DNA of 64,000 bases. Origin: a virus. Taxonomy: Duplodnaviria; Caudoviricetes. Both the position numbers and the translations under genes were made by a program. Below, piece by piece: positions 44,776 to 54,591 of the stretch. The stretch lies in the IMG/VR virus record IMGVR_UViG_3300024346_000003; one strand, given 5' to 3'. How positions within the stretch are numbered: position 1 is the first letter of the stretch; each line of letters begins with the position of its first letter. A model generated the notes under the pieces. That model was not told where the DNA came from and ran no database searches. It worked only from the letters and a program-made list of their open reading frames with translations.

Positions 44776-46164
44776 TTAATTTAAACCTTTTGCCATATTT
44801 TCAATTGCCATTATTGATTCCAAAGAATCGCACGTATCTTTATCGTCACGTAGTTGTTTGAACACTGGGTGTAGCAACGCATAGTTACCATTTGAGTCAT
44901 GTGATAATCCAGAACATTTAACTTCAATAATTGTCCCCATCAAAGATTCTTGGTTTTCTGTGATATGTTGCATCAAGCTCTCATTCATACCAGTTGGTCT
45001 CGTAAATAATTTACCATCAGCTGATTCAGCATTTACAGATGAGATTACATGCTCATTTTTACCTGTTCCATAGTTAAAACCAACAATACGTAAATCAACA
45101 TCCATTTCCAACTTCATTTTTATTTGCCAATTTGGTTTACCATCTTTCCATGTACCCTTTATATCTTTAAGAATAGTACCCTCTTGACCAGTAGCTAGTA
45201 TATCTTGGAAATGTGACATAGCTTCATCATATGTGTAAACCATAACCGCATCAACTATTGAAACCATAGATAACCCTTTAGTGTTAATTAAAATACCAGC
45301 TTTATTAGCTCGGTTCAAATAAGGTACATCTGATTTTTTATCGAAATATTCATCAACAGTAATTGTATCCCAAATAGTGTATCTAATCGAGTTCAAAGCT
45401 GTTTCAAAGTTACCATGTTTTTCCTCAAAAGCTGCTAATTTTTTACCATTTTCAACTTCTGTTCTAGAATCTCTCTTACCACAAATATCAATAAGCGATG
45501 CAATGATACCATTAGATTCATAACGAGATACATTATCAATAGTTAACTCACCATTAAATACACAATCATCCAAAGATGATAATTCATCGATAAATTTAGC
45601 TCCAGTAACAATTGTTGGTTCGCCTTGACGACTTTCTAATTCAACTTCACCACCACGAATGATTGCATTACAATAACGACCATCCATTTTAATTTGTGAC
45701 ACACCAACACCACCATTTTCGAATATTTTACGAGCTTTCTTTTCATCAAAAGATACTGCACCCATATAAGGTGTATCTTCAATAAGTCCCTTGATTACTT
45801 TATTCATGTTTGATGTACCCATTCCAATTTTACAATCTTTCTCAATAATTCTCTCAATGATATAAGCATTGTCAGAATCCACACTAGCTAATATGTCACG
45901 TAAGAAATTAAGTGCATCATTACCAGTTACATGTCTATCAATTATGTGTTGTAACTCACTAACCACAAACTCTAATGAATTATTTTGGTCTACGTTTCTA
46001 GTATATTCTGGAAGTTGTTTAATATAAAACTTAACCCTCTTTGAGTTAGCCAAATACAGTACACGTTTCAATAATTCGTTGTCAGCGTATTTTCCTAAAA
46101 TAACCATCTTTTGGTTAGTGCTACTCTCAGCAGCGATTTCATCAAAAATTTGTTTAATGTTCAT
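44776..46164 (-). CDS. ATP-dependent DNA ligase
   Basis: QIKMDGRY, FNGEL, GQEGTILK, WQIKMK, OB domain LLHPVF. Confidence 0.9.
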   Translation of the reverse strand: MNIKQIFDEIAAESSTNQKMVILGKYADNELLKRVLYLANSKRVKFYIKQLPEYTRNVDQNNSLEFVVSELQHIIDRHVTGNDALNFLRDILASVDSDNAYIIERIIEKDCKIGMGTSNMNKVIKGLIEDTPYMGAVSFDEKKARKIFENGGVGVSQIKMDGRYCNAIIRGGEVELESRQGEPTIVTGAKFIDELSSLDDCVFNGELTIDNVSRYESNGIIASLIDICGKRDSRTEVENGKKLAAFEEKHGNFETALNSIRYTIWDTITVDEYFDKKSDVPYLNRANKAGILINTKGLSMVSIVDAVMVYTYDEAMSHFQDILATGQEGTILKDIKGTWKDGKPNWQIKMKLEMDVDLRIVGFNYGTGKNEHVISSVNAESADGKLFTRPTGMNESLMQHITENQESLMGTIIEVKCSGLSHDSNGNYALLHPVFKQLRDDKDTCDSLESIMAIENMAKGLN

Positions 46165-46167
46165 ATC

Positions 46168-46404
46168 TTATTTTTTTACTGGTGGGTGATACATTTTTCT
46201 CATTTTTATAATTATGAGATTTACATAAGCATCATGTTCAGGTGAATTAATAGATGAATATAAAGATTCTTTAATTTGAGTCCAATTATCATCATCCTCA
46301 TCTATAATTTCCATTTTAGCCTTTTCTTCAGCAGCTTTTCTAATAGCTTCAGTACCTTCTCTCATGGCAGCTTCAGCTCTTTCATTTTTCCAATCTTCAC
46401 TCAT
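46168..46404 (-). CDS. Hypothetical protein
   Basis: 78 aa. Confidence 0.5.
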   Translation of the reverse strand: MSEDWKNERAEAAMREGTEAIRKAAEEKAKMEIIDEDDDNWTQIKESLYSSINSPEHDAYVNLIIIKMRKMYHPPVKK

Positions 46405-46406
46405 AA

Positions 46407-46916
46407 TTATACAGTTTCTAATTTGTTAATACCTAATAAAATATCTAAGTGTTCCCACATTGCTTTACCATCTGCTGGTGTGTTTAAGTATAATGCACCT
46501 TTAAATTCTTGATATTCTTTCAAGTACATATCCACTTTACCACCATGTTGTATGTTAGCGATTCTATCAGCTAATTTTAAAATAATAGCATCTGGGTTAC
46601 TAGCTGTTTTAGGTAGTGTTTTCTCTTTTTTCTCTTTTCTAATACGACCTTGTTCATCGGTAACACAATATACCATTTCAGCCACTTCTTCCCCAAAATG
46701 TTTTTTAATTTTGTTAAACGATAACCCGTTATCTTCCATTGTGTCATGTAGGTATCCAGCAACAATGTATTTTCCAGAGAATCCAAATCTTTTCAATACA
46801 TCAACAACATCATCAAGGTGTTTCTCATATGGAAAAATATCATCATAAGATTGGTTAGAGTGTGCTTTCACAGCTACCATTCTTGCTTCTTTGTAAGTTT
46901 TGTCTGTATAGTCCAT
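46407..46916 (-). CDS. RelA/SpoT-type HD hydrolase (small alarmone hydrolase-like)
   Basis: AH..Q...PYEKHL, YLHDTMED, VTDE, LKLADRIAN. Confidence 0.8.
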   Translation of the reverse strand: MDYTDKTYKEARMVAVKAHSNQSYDDIFPYEKHLDDVVDVLKRFGFSGKYIVAGYLHDTMEDNGLSFNKIKKHFGEEVAEMVYCVTDEQGRIRKEKKEKTLPKTASNPDAIILKLADRIANIQHGGKVDMYLKEYQEFKGALYLNTPADGKAMWEHLDILLGINKLETV

Positions 46917-46918
46917 AT

Positions 46919-47353
46919 TTAATAATTTGTTTGCATTTTATGAATAATTAATTCACCTTCTTTATCATTTCTAACATCTAATTTTAGATAAGGTCTGTCA
47001 AATTGTAAATCATGGTCATATTCATCAATAACATTTGTATAAAAATCATCATGACCCATAAGTATGGGTCTACGTCTTCCTTTACCTAAAACACCTTTTT
47101 TAGTTAGAAATAAGTTTTCTTCAATAAGAGCTGGTAATCTATCTTCTAGATTAAGTATATCATTAACAAATGCTGCCCTTAAATTTATGAATTCTTCTTC
47201 GGTTGGTGCATCTTCATGTAGTTCACCCTTTCCACCACTCGTTCTATGGTTGTCCACGTAATTTTCTCTATTATATGGGATGTTATTAACTTCATTTGCT
47301 AAAGCCTCTAAATCATAACTTACAGTTATTCCTAATACATTAATTGTTTTCAT
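46919..47353 (-). CDS. Hypothetical protein
   Basis: 144 aa; promoter box at 47358. Confidence 0.55.
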   Translation of the reverse strand: MKTINVLGITVSYDLEALANEVNNIPYNRENYVDNHRTSGGKGELHEDAPTEEEFINLRAAFVNDILNLEDRLPALIEENLFLTKKGVLGKGRRRPILMGHDDFYTNVIDEYDHDLQFDRPYLKLDVRNDKEGELIIHKMQTNY

Positions 47354-47411
47354 ATTACAAATATACGAATAATATTTTAATTAAACAAATTTCCTGATTC
47401 TTTTGTCATAA

Positions 47412-48530
47412 TTATAACATTTTATATAACAATTTATCATCGTAGTTTAACATATATTCATTTACTGATGTTATTTTACCATCAACTAACCCAAAGCACA
47501 TCCCTGTGAAAGGTTTTAAATCATATTTATCACATAACTCAAATACCTTAGCAGCATATCTCTTTTTTTCAGACGCTATTATACTCTTAGGTTTATGTAG
47601 CTTCAATTCTTCCCACAAAAACTTTAATCTATTAACCAAATCATCATAACCATCTTTTAATCTCAATAATTCATCCTTTCTATCTGGGAAAGTTGAAATA
47701 AATTCATCGATTTCATTAGTTTTAACAATTACCATAATATTGTGTTCAGCAGTTTTACCTTTTAAGTGGTGAACGGCCAGGTAGGCTGGGTTCTTAATTT
47801 TAACTCTATTATCATCAGCATCTATAACCACATAACCTTCTTCAGACCATGGCATGTTTTCAAAGGTCTTAATTAGAACGCCAGCATTCTTAGCATTTAA
47901 GTCATAAGATTTAACTAATGGTATTCCTAATGATACCGAAACCATAAATAAATCATTGTATGGTATTTCTTTTAATGTTAATCTATTTCTAACAGCTAAT
48001 AATTTAGATGATGATTCACCATGTGGTGTAACAACAATATTATATGGTGTTGTTAATTCAAATACATAAACATGGTCCTTATCTAATAAACAAGTGTTAA
48101 ATGAATACTTTGAAATAACAGTATCCCAAAATAATTCATTAAATGTAGTACCATATTTATTATTCACTTCACCTTCACCCTCAGCAGTACCTGTAGTTGC
48201 CGCAAACCAAATTTCTTTATGCCAATCCCAATAAACTTGAATCATTGTACCATCTTCTTTATTAAGAACATGTGCAGTGTCCCAGTTTATTTTAGCCGCA
48301 TGACCTTCAGCATTATTAAAAAACTTTCTAAATGCTAATGACATAACTTTTAAAGTATCTTTTTCAAGGATAAGACCTCTACAATCCTTAACTTCTTCTA
48401 AGGACATATTAGACTCTATTTGATTGTATTTTAAAAGAATCTTATTTTCATATTCTTTTACAATCAACTTAAATTCTGAAACAGCTTTTTTAAGCCCATT
48501 TTTCTTTATGTATTCTACTATTGCTAACAT
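47412..48530 (-). CDS. T4 Rnl1-like RNA ligase
   Basis: CRGLIL, AFRKFFN, KEDGTMI, YVFEL, EGYVV, RVKIKNPAY. Confidence 0.85.
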   Translation of the reverse strand: MLAIVEYIKKNGLKKAVSEFKLIVKEYENKILLKYNQIESNMSLEEVKDCRGLILEKDTLKVMSLAFRKFFNNAEGHAAKINWDTAHVLNKEDGTMIQVYWDWHKEIWFAATTGTAEGEGEVNNKYGTTFNELFWDTVISKYSFNTCLLDKDHVYVFELTTPYNIVVTPHGESSSKLLAVRNRLTLKEIPYNDLFMVSVSLGIPLVKSYDLNAKNAGVLIKTFENMPWSEEGYVVIDADDNRVKIKNPAYLAVHHLKGKTAEHNIMVIVKTNEIDEFISTFPDRKDELLRLKDGYDDLVNRLKFLWEELKLHKPKSIIASEKKRYAAKVFELCDKYDLKPFTGMCFGLVDGKITSVNEYMLNYDDKLLYKML

Positions 48531-48612
48531 ACTTTAATTATTTATTGGCAAATATACATAAAAAAAAGGTAACCACCAAATGATTACCTTTTTATTTTCA
48601 ATTTATTTTTAA

Positions 48613-49701
48613 TTATCTATAAACTCTTTCATGTGTACCATCAGTATAATGAACAATTAAATTACCTTTAACCTCATCATTTACAATTTGACCTAATAAA
48701 TTCGTAAAGTATAATACTATTTTTGTTTTACCAAGATTGTTAAGACTTATTGTTTTAAAAGTTTCTGATTGACCGTCAATATCTACTTGGGTTAATCTAT
48801 AATAATTAATTGCCGCTTCATAAGTGAAGTCTCTGAAGCTATAATCAATTTTAGATGTGGAATTACCAGCACCGTTCTGATTGTTGACTACAGACCAATT
48901 AAATCCATCTGTGGAACGTTCTACTAAATAATAATCATTATTATGTTCAGATGCACTAGACCAGGTTATTAAATTATAAGTATTTTGGTTAGTAGCATCA
49001 AAATTAATCAATTCAATAGGTAATGAATATACTCGAATCAATTCAAAATTATCAAACCACCATTCTTCACCAGCTGAATTAGTTCGTGTAGGTATTCTAA
49101 ATGCTAACTGTGTTACCCCCATTGGTAAAGTTAATTCGATTATAGAATAACCGTCACCAGTGGATGTTCTATCCCCACCAGCAGTCGGTGCGTATGTTGT
49201 TAGTGTTCCATTTGCAGTTTTTGAGGCAGTAGCATTAGTATTATAATTCCATACAGCATTACCAAAACCAGTTATTCTCATTTCAGTAATATATGCAGTT
49301 GCACCATTATTTGAACTATATTGAACATCAAAATAATCTGGACCATCATTTCCAGCAGTGGCGGCTAAGGGTGATGAAAATTTATAAGCTCCAGCTCTAA
49401 ATTTAAGCATATAGGATGATGTAGCACTTAAACCTGTAATGTTACTTAAAATATATGTACCAGATTCAATACCAGAACCCCCATTACCTGAACCAATTAA
49501 TACAGCACTCGAATTTGATGATACAAATGCATTTATATAGTAACCACATGGTCCACAACCAACTGACCAACCAGCCCCTCCAGTACCCCAACTAGTAGTT
49601 TCAATATAATCATAAGCTATTACTGTTTGACTATATGATAATGTATTTAATAATACAAATAATGATAATAATAATCTTTTCATAAGTTTGTGTTTTATCA
49701 T
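48613..49701 (-). CDS. Secreted Bacteroidota-type protein with Ig-like domain and T9SS-CTD-like tail
   Basis: Signal peptide; SLPIELINFDA...WSSASEHNNDYYLVERS.DG; C-terminal TNLLGQ...HYTDGT. Confidence 0.65.
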   Translation of the reverse strand: MIKHKLMKRLLLSLFVLLNTLSYSQTVIAYDYIETTSWGTGGAGWSVGCGPCGYYINAFVSSNSSAVLIGSGNGGSGIESGTYILSNITGLSATSSYMLKFRAGAYKFSSPLAATAGNDGPDYFDVQYSSNNGATAYITEMRITGFGNAVWNYNTNATASKTANGTLTTYAPTAGGDRTSTGDGYSIIELTLPMGVTQLAFRIPTRTNSAGEEWWFDNFELIRVYSLPIELINFDATNQNTYNLITWSSASEHNNDYYLVERSTDGFNWSVVNNQNGAGNSTSKIDYSFRDFTYEAAINYYRLTQVDIDGQSETFKTISLNNLGKTKIVLYFTNLLGQIVNDEVKGNLIVHYTDGTHERVYR

Positions 49702-49732
49702 AAATATAACACAAACTCACAAAAAATAAATA

Positions 49733-50032
49733 CTATTTATTCCTATCTTTTAAAGTTTTTATTAATTTTTCAAGTTCTGAAAAACTTAAATCACCAAGTA
49801 ATCCCATTATTTCACTTTCTTCCATCATTTTCTTAGCGGCTATCATACTGCACATTTCAGAAAATACATGCATATCATTTTCATCATATATTAATGAGCT
49901 AATAAAGATTATAAAATTACCAATAGTGCTAATTACATAATCTTGTTTATCTTCACCTTCCATTATCAAGGCTTCACCTATCTTTAGTAGTTTAATAGAT
50001 AACTCATCATATCTTTCCATATTATCTTCCAT
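49733..50032 (-). CDS. Hypothetical protein
   Basis: 99 aa. Confidence 0.5.
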   Translation of the reverse strand: MEDNMERYDELSIKLLKIGEALIMEGEDKQDYVISTIGNFIIFISSLIYDENDMHVFSEMCSMIAAKKMMEESEIMGLLGDLSFSELEKLIKTLKDRNK

Positions 50033-50065
50033 CGATTCTTTTTTGTAAAAATATGAGTTTTTTTA

Positions 50066-50542
50066 TTAATCGACAACAAACCAATCAGGTTTTTTTCTAT
50101 TTTTCCAGTCAGCTAAGCTTTTTTTATGTGTCATATAGTATAATCTATATGAATCAACAACTGAATCGATTTTACAATCATCTGGCATGGCCATAGCAAA
50201 GTTTGTTATATCACCATTGGTTGGTATATTTGGTGTGTTTATCAAGCACCATTCAATAACATCCTGAGATTTATGCCTCTTACCATAACGATATGTATAT
50301 TCCTCACATAATGACATACCCAAATCACACAACCAAATATAATTTTCAATACACTCTCTGGTCCAAATTGAACATGGGTGATTTTTATGTGATAACTTAT
50401 ACGGTATTAGATATTGACTATCAGTTACGTGATGAACACCACATAATAATTGAGCCGTTTCCAATATCATTTTAACCACATGTTTATTATTGTGCATTTG
50501 CGCAGCAACTTGTGGATTTTCATCTAGAACAAAAATATTCAT
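50066..50542 (-). CDS. Pyrimidine-dimer DNA glycosylase / endonuclease V family protein
   Basis: MNIFVLD...KHVVKMILETAQLL, HKNHPCSIW, YRLYY. Confidence 0.75.
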   Translation of the reverse strand: MNIFVLDENPQVAAQMHNNKHVVKMILETAQLLCGVHHVTDSQYLIPYKLSHKNHPCSIWTRECIENYIWLCDLGMSLCEEYTYRYGKRHKSQDVIEWCLINTPNIPTNGDITNFAMAMPDDCKIDSVVDSYRLYYMTHKKSLADWKNRKKPDWFVVD

Positions 50543-50544
50543 AG

Positions 50545-51507
50545 TTATTTCTTTATTTCAGTAACTTTTCCAATAACGTTGAATGGTTTTATTTTTCTCC
50601 ATTCAGTAATATCATTACTCATAACAACTTTACCACCATTTGGGTTAACAGCTATTGTGATGTGTGGTGTTGCATTTTTAGTTGGGTATCCTTCAACTTT
50701 AACAGCCATAGCCATATCAGATAACCCCAATTCCGTAACTTTAAGTGTTATATCTTTACCCAAATCTTCTTTGTTCGGTACTGGTTTACCAAATACAATT
50801 GTCATATGATGTGCGATTATACTCCAACCGTCTGGAATTTCATTTTCAACTATAGATAATAGTGAACTTCTAGAACCACTATCTAATACAACAGCAGAAT
50901 ATAATACATCAGATTCTTTATACATATCTTTTGAACCCATAACACTAGCAACACTTAATGGGCCTTGACCAGCGTGACTAGCTATCATTGATTCAATCTT
51001 TTCCAATGGAACACCATGAGTATTCCTATCAGCTAATTCTTGTGCTGATAACCCACCAGTACCAATATCAACAAATTGAATGTTCTTATCATCCAACCCT
51101 AAATCCAATGCTGATTTAACTGCAACTTTAGATTCGTTTTGTTTAATATTTGTATTGTCTAAGATAACTGGTGATACACCACTTTTTAATGAATTGGTAA
51201 GATTTGTAAGATTTGTTGAATGTGCTTTAGATAAAGGACTAAAGTCTTTAGTTGTAATCATCTTTTCGAAGAATTCCCTGTAATCACCTTGGGCTTCAAT
51301 AACATCATCAGTTGAATGAATAACACCATCAGTACCAGCCAATTCTTTTGCTTTTGTTGATTTACCAGAACCTGGAATCCCCCTCATTACAATAAGTACT
51401 TGGTCTGGTCTAGTAATGGTTACACCTAATGAATTTTTAAGCGTACCTTCTCTTAATATAGATTTAATTTTATCTTTCATACCACAAAGATATAAAATAT
51501 ATTCCAA
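50545..51507 (-). CDS. P-loop kinase fused to 2H cyclic phosphodiesterase (tRNA end-healing enzyme, Trl1 kinase/CPD-like)
   Basis: RGIPGSGKST, ILDNTN, RNTHGVP; HHMTI and HITIA; probable start 51480. Confidence 0.75.
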   Translation of the reverse strand: MEYILYLCGMKDKIKSILREGTLKNSLGVTITRPDQVLIVMRGIPGSGKSTKAKELAGTDGVIHSTDDVIEAQGDYREFFEKMITTKDFSPLSKAHSTNLTNLTNSLKSGVSPVILDNTNIKQNESKVAVKSALDLGLDDKNIQFVDIGTGGLSAQELADRNTHGVPLEKIESMIASHAGQGPLSVASVMGSKDMYKESDVLYSAVVLDSGSRSSLLSIVENEIPDGWSIIAHHMTIVFGKPVPNKEDLGKDITLKVTELGLSDMAMAVKVEGYPTKNATPHITIAVNPNGGKVVMSNDITEWRKIKPFNVIGKVTEIKK

Positions 51508-51517
51508 TATAACAAAT

Positions 51518-51895
51518 TTATTTTTTAGGTTTTGTTTTTAACTTAATAAGTTTCTTTTTTACTATTGGTTTCTTTTTAACTTTTTTCTTAATTTTAGCCT
51601 TTCTAGTAAACCCACCAATACCACCAACTTTTAAATTCATACACTTACCATTTTTGACTTTTGATAGTGTGACAATTGCTTTTTCTCTTTCAGCTAATAA
51701 TTCTCTATTCTCAACTATTTCTAAAATCTCAACTCTATGTTTTTCTTTACCATATCTTTTTATTGAAAATTTTATCGCTTTACCAGAACCCATATAACCA
51801 TCTTCCAGATTATCGGTTGAATGCATACCAATATAATATTTGTTATTAACTAAACAAGTAGTTTTATATATGATATGATATTTTTTTTCATTCAA
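51518..51895 (-). CDS. Short GIY-YIG-type endonuclease (possibly truncated)
   Basis: IIYKTTCLVNNKYYIGMHSTDNLEDGYMGSG, close paralog of the 20126..20770 N-terminus; Lys-rich tail. Confidence 0.65.
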   Translation of the reverse strand: MNEKKYHIIYKTTCLVNNKYYIGMHSTDNLEDGYMGSGKAIKFSIKRYGKEKHRVEILEIVENRELLAEREKAIVTLSKVKNGKCMNLKVGGIGGFTRKAKIKKKVKKKPIVKKKLIKLKTKPKK

Positions 51896-51904
51896 TGATA
51901 TATT

Positions 51905-52549
51905 CTAATTATTAAATAAATTAGTTTTAACTTTAAAATTTTCAGCTAATTCCATTATCTTATTTTGAATATCTTCTGGTAACTCATCAAATATTGAATC
52001 AATATCAATACTTTGACCATCTAATGTTTCAAATTTGTTTAATTGTTCATAATATCTAATGATATCACCAGAGGTTAGTTTGATTTTTTTAAACCTATCT
52101 TTGTTTGGTTGTGCTTGTAGTGGTTGTTGTTCTTTACCAGTAACATAAAGGATTTGATTTGATGTTTCAAAATCCTTTTTTCTCATAATGGTTTTACTGA
52201 TTAAATCTAACTCACCATTTTCCTTATCCCAACTTATAGTAAACGGGATATTAATATTTGTTGGGTTGTTTTTAAATACAGCCTCAAAACCATCTTTATA
52301 TTTAATTAACTGCTCTTTGTATTGTGAATAAATCTTTTTAAAGATATCCCTAAGTTCTTCAATTGTAATTTCCTTACCATTTCTAACATCATTCACCCTA
52401 TCCAAAAAATGTTTTGTAAATTCAATATCAACACCAACACTTTTAAATAAATTATCTAATTCAATTTCTAATTTACCAAGCTGAGATGATGTGACGTAAT
52501 CTTCTCTTAAAAGACTTTCCCTTAATAATTTTTTAATTAATGATTTCAT
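51905..52549 (-). CDS. Hypothetical protein (possible virion-associated)
   Basis: MKSLIKKLLRESLLRE leader; FTKHFLDRVND. Confidence 0.55.
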   Translation of the reverse strand: MKSLIKKLLRESLLREDYVTSSQLGKLEIELDNLFKSVGVDIEFTKHFLDRVNDVRNGKEITIEELRDIFKKIYSQYKEQLIKYKDGFEAVFKNNPTNINIPFTISWDKENGELDLISKTIMRKKDFETSNQILYVTGKEQQPLQAQPNKDRFKKIKLTSGDIIRYYEQLNKFETLDGQSIDIDSIFDELPEDIQNKIMELAENFKVKTNLFNN

Positions 52550-52599
52550 ATATTATAAATATCATTAAAAAATTAAAAATTTGACATATTAGTAAATAG

Positions 52600-52688
52600 T
52601 AGAGAAGATGGGATTCGAACCCATGGGACCTTATTAAAGGTCCACCACATTAGCAGTGTGGCCACTTAAACCTCTCGTGCACCTCTCT
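52600..52688 (-). tRNA. tRNA-Ser(GCT)
   Basis: CCACA-CTGCTAA-TGTGG, long variable arm. Confidence 0.9.
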
Positions 52689-52694
52689 ATATTG

Positions 52695-52767
52695 TACCCC
52701 TAGAGGGATTCTAACCCCCATTCTAGCCTTAGAAGGGCCATGTCCTATACAGTTGAACGATAGGGGC
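52695..52767 (-). tRNA. tRNA-Arg(TCT)
   Basis: TGGCC-CTTCTAA-GGCTA. Confidence 0.85.
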
Positions 52768-52775
52768 GTGTATTG

Positions 52776-52848
52776 TACCCTCGACTGGATTCGAACCAGT
52801 ATTTTTGGTTTCGTAGACCAATGTTCTAATCCATTGAACTACAAGGGC
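52776..52848 (-). tRNA. tRNA-Arg(ACG)
   Basis: TTGGT-CTACGAA-ACCAA. Confidence 0.9.
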
Positions 52849-53030
52849 ATATTGTTATAATAAGAGTATAAACTGATATAAAACACACCAACCGTATCGT
52901 ATTTATATTCACCGTTTTTATTTGGTGGTTCAATCGCAACAATAGGATAATTCTCACCTAGTATTTTTTGATATTCCATAAATTGATTGTCCGTCTTTGG
53001 TATTGACATTTTTGTGTATAATAAATCCAT
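52839..53030 (-). CDS. Small hypothetical protein inside tRNA operon D
   Basis: MDLLYTKM... start avoids the upstream tRNA; stop overlaps the 5' end of tRNA-Arg(ACG). Confidence 0.35.
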   Translation of the reverse strand: MDLLYTKMSIPKTDNQFMEYQKILGENYPIVAIEPPNKNGEYKYDTVGVFYISLYSYYNNMPL

Positions 53031-53044
53031 AATATTTAAATTAG

Positions 53045-53115
53045 TACCGCCTGTGAGGTTCGAACTCACCTTTCCATCCATATGAGGGATAGTTGTACTC
53101 CACTGACTAGCGGCA
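53045..53115 (-). tRNA. tRNA-Met(CAT)-like (elongator Met or Ile2), irregular D arm and acceptor
   Basis: TATCC-CTCATAT-GGATG; T arm GTGAG-TTCGAAC-CTCAC. Confidence 0.6.
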
Positions 53116-53235
53116 TTTTGGTCGATGTCTAGAATCTTTAACCTCCTTTCTTGGCAAGGTCTCCATCATGGGTTCCGTTGATTGATTCATCTTTATAACC
53201 CCATACGGAACAAGCGGGGTAACCAAATTATTTTG

Positions 53236-53309
53236 CTCTTCAGGAGGGATTCGAACCCCCAACCCATCGGTTAACAACCGATTGCTCTGACCATTATAGC
53301 TACCGAAGA
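53236..53309 (-). tRNA. tRNA-Asn(GTT)
   Basis: ATCGG-TTGTTAA-CCGAT. Confidence 0.88.
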
Positions 53310-53385
53310 ATAAAAAAGTTTAGAGGCTTTGGGTTAGACACGCCTCAATATTACATGAGAGACCCCATAGATTGCATAAACTTTG

Positions 53386-53462
53386 TACAGAAGGTGAGAT
53401 TCGAACTCACATGTGACCAACTACCCTTTCTACAAGATATAAGCTTGAGGGGATACATCTGC
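53386..53462 (-). ncRNA. tRNA-like RNA with TAT anticodon-like loop and no canonical D arm
   Basis: Acceptor GCAGATG/CTTCTGT, CAAG-CTTATAT-CTTG, T arm GTGAG-TTCGAAT-CTCAC. Confidence 0.55.
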
Positions 53463-53519
53463 ATTTTTATAAGTGGCCAAAACTATGTTTTTTAGTGAGT
53501 TTTGGCCACTTATAAATTG

Positions 53520-53560
53520 TAGGAAACACGGGACTCGAACCCATAACCTTTCACGTATAA
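53520..53560 (-). pseudogene. 3' half of an interrupted tRNA-Ile(TAT)
   Basis: TTATAC-GTGAA-AGGTT-ATGGG-TTCGAGT-CCCGT-GTTTCCT-A. Confidence 0.7.
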
Positions 53561-53568
53561 ATATTTAG

Positions 53569-53640
53569 TAGGCATGTCGAGATTCGAACTCGAAATACAA
53601 CAGTATCAGTGTTGCGTGATAACCATTTCACTACACGCCT
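53569..53640 (-). tRNA. tRNA-Ile(GAT)
   Basis: CAACA-CTGATAC-TGTTG. Confidence 0.88.
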
Positions 53641-54208
53641 ATTTATTTAATTCTTCATGTATTTCTCTATGACAATTTGCGCAGACCATAATACATTTGT
53701 CTAATTCTAGTTTTATCTTTTCCCATGATAACACTGAGTAGGAACCAATTCCAAAATCTTTTTCGTTTGGGTCTAAATGATGAAATTCTAACGCTGAATT
53801 ACATCTATCATACCCACATTTTTGACAACAACCACCTTTATATTCAATAGCTTTTTCTTTTAACTTTTGACGAAAGTTTTTAACTTTTTGATAATTTCTA
53901 ATTTTTAACTCTTCATCGTTTAATTTAACATACTTATTTTCAGTATGTTTAATTATTGTTGATTTACCTAGATTAAATTTAACCATACATTCTTCAATGG
54001 TGTGGTCTTTATAGAAGCTATTTAATTCTTCTATTTCAATCTTTGTTAATTTAGCTCTTTGTTTACTAACAAAATTACCACCTAAATTATTATTGTTGCA
54101 ATGAAATGAAACGGTGCTTTTTGAACAATTCAATAGTTCACTTATTTCATTATAATTTTTACCAGAGTTTCTCAACTCTAGAATACTTTCTTTTAAACTT
54201 GTAGTCAT
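53639..54208 (-). CDS. HNH homing endonuclease with N-terminal HTH
   Basis: CQKCGY...LEFHHLDP...CIMVCANCHREIH. Confidence 0.85.
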   Translation of the reverse strand: MTTSLKESILELRNSGKNYNEISELLNCSKSTVSFHCNNNNLGGNFVSKQRAKLTKIEIEELNSFYKDHTIEECMVKFNLGKSTIIKHTENKYVKLNDEELKIRNYQKVKNFRQKLKEKAIEYKGGCCQKCGYDRCNSALEFHHLDPNEKDFGIGSYSVLSWEKIKLELDKCIMVCANCHREIHEELNK

Positions 54209-54280
54209 ATCAATATCTTTTATAGTTATAAATATACTACAAGTTCTAAAAAAGTCAATAGGTGCTAATTTTTATTTTTT

Positions 54281-54307
54281 TGCTCTAACCAGTTGAGCTA
54301 GCTTCCT
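54281..54307 (-). pseudogene. 5' half of the interrupted tRNA-Ile(TAT)
   Basis: AGGAAGC-TA-GCTC-AACTGGTTA-GAGC-A; AGGAAGC pairs with GTTTCCT at 53521-53527. Confidence 0.7.
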
Positions 54308-54326
54308 ATTGTGAGTGGAAGCCCCA

Positions 54327-54563
54327 TTACTTCCACTTTGTTTTTCTGTTGTGTTTCCACGTTTTGTATTCTCGCCATTTATGATTTGGTAGCTTACGGT
54401 GGCTCCAATTCCACCCATAATCCCATATGTTATAACCATAAATGTTCATCCATCGAATACAATTGTATTCTTTAGAAGTTTTTGCTTTGTTCAGTTTTGC
54501 TCTGTTAATTTTTTTACTCATAATGTTGTGAGTCTGTGAATAGCAGACCTTACAACATATCAA
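54327..54563 (-). CDS. Small basic hypothetical protein inside tRNA operon D
   Basis: Trp/Lys/Arg-rich; probable start at MSKKINR. Confidence 0.4.
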   Translation of the reverse strand: MICCKVCYSQTHNIMSKKINRAKLNKAKTSKEYNCIRWMNIYGYNIWDYGWNWSHRKLPNHKWREYKTWKHNRKTKWK

Positions 54564-54591
54564 ATTCCTTTTTCATAAATTTTAAATTTTG

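Noticed and set aside
53119-53222. Segment ending ...CATCGACCA, resembling a tRNA 3' end
   Set aside because: No matching 5' acceptor strand or T loop could be found.
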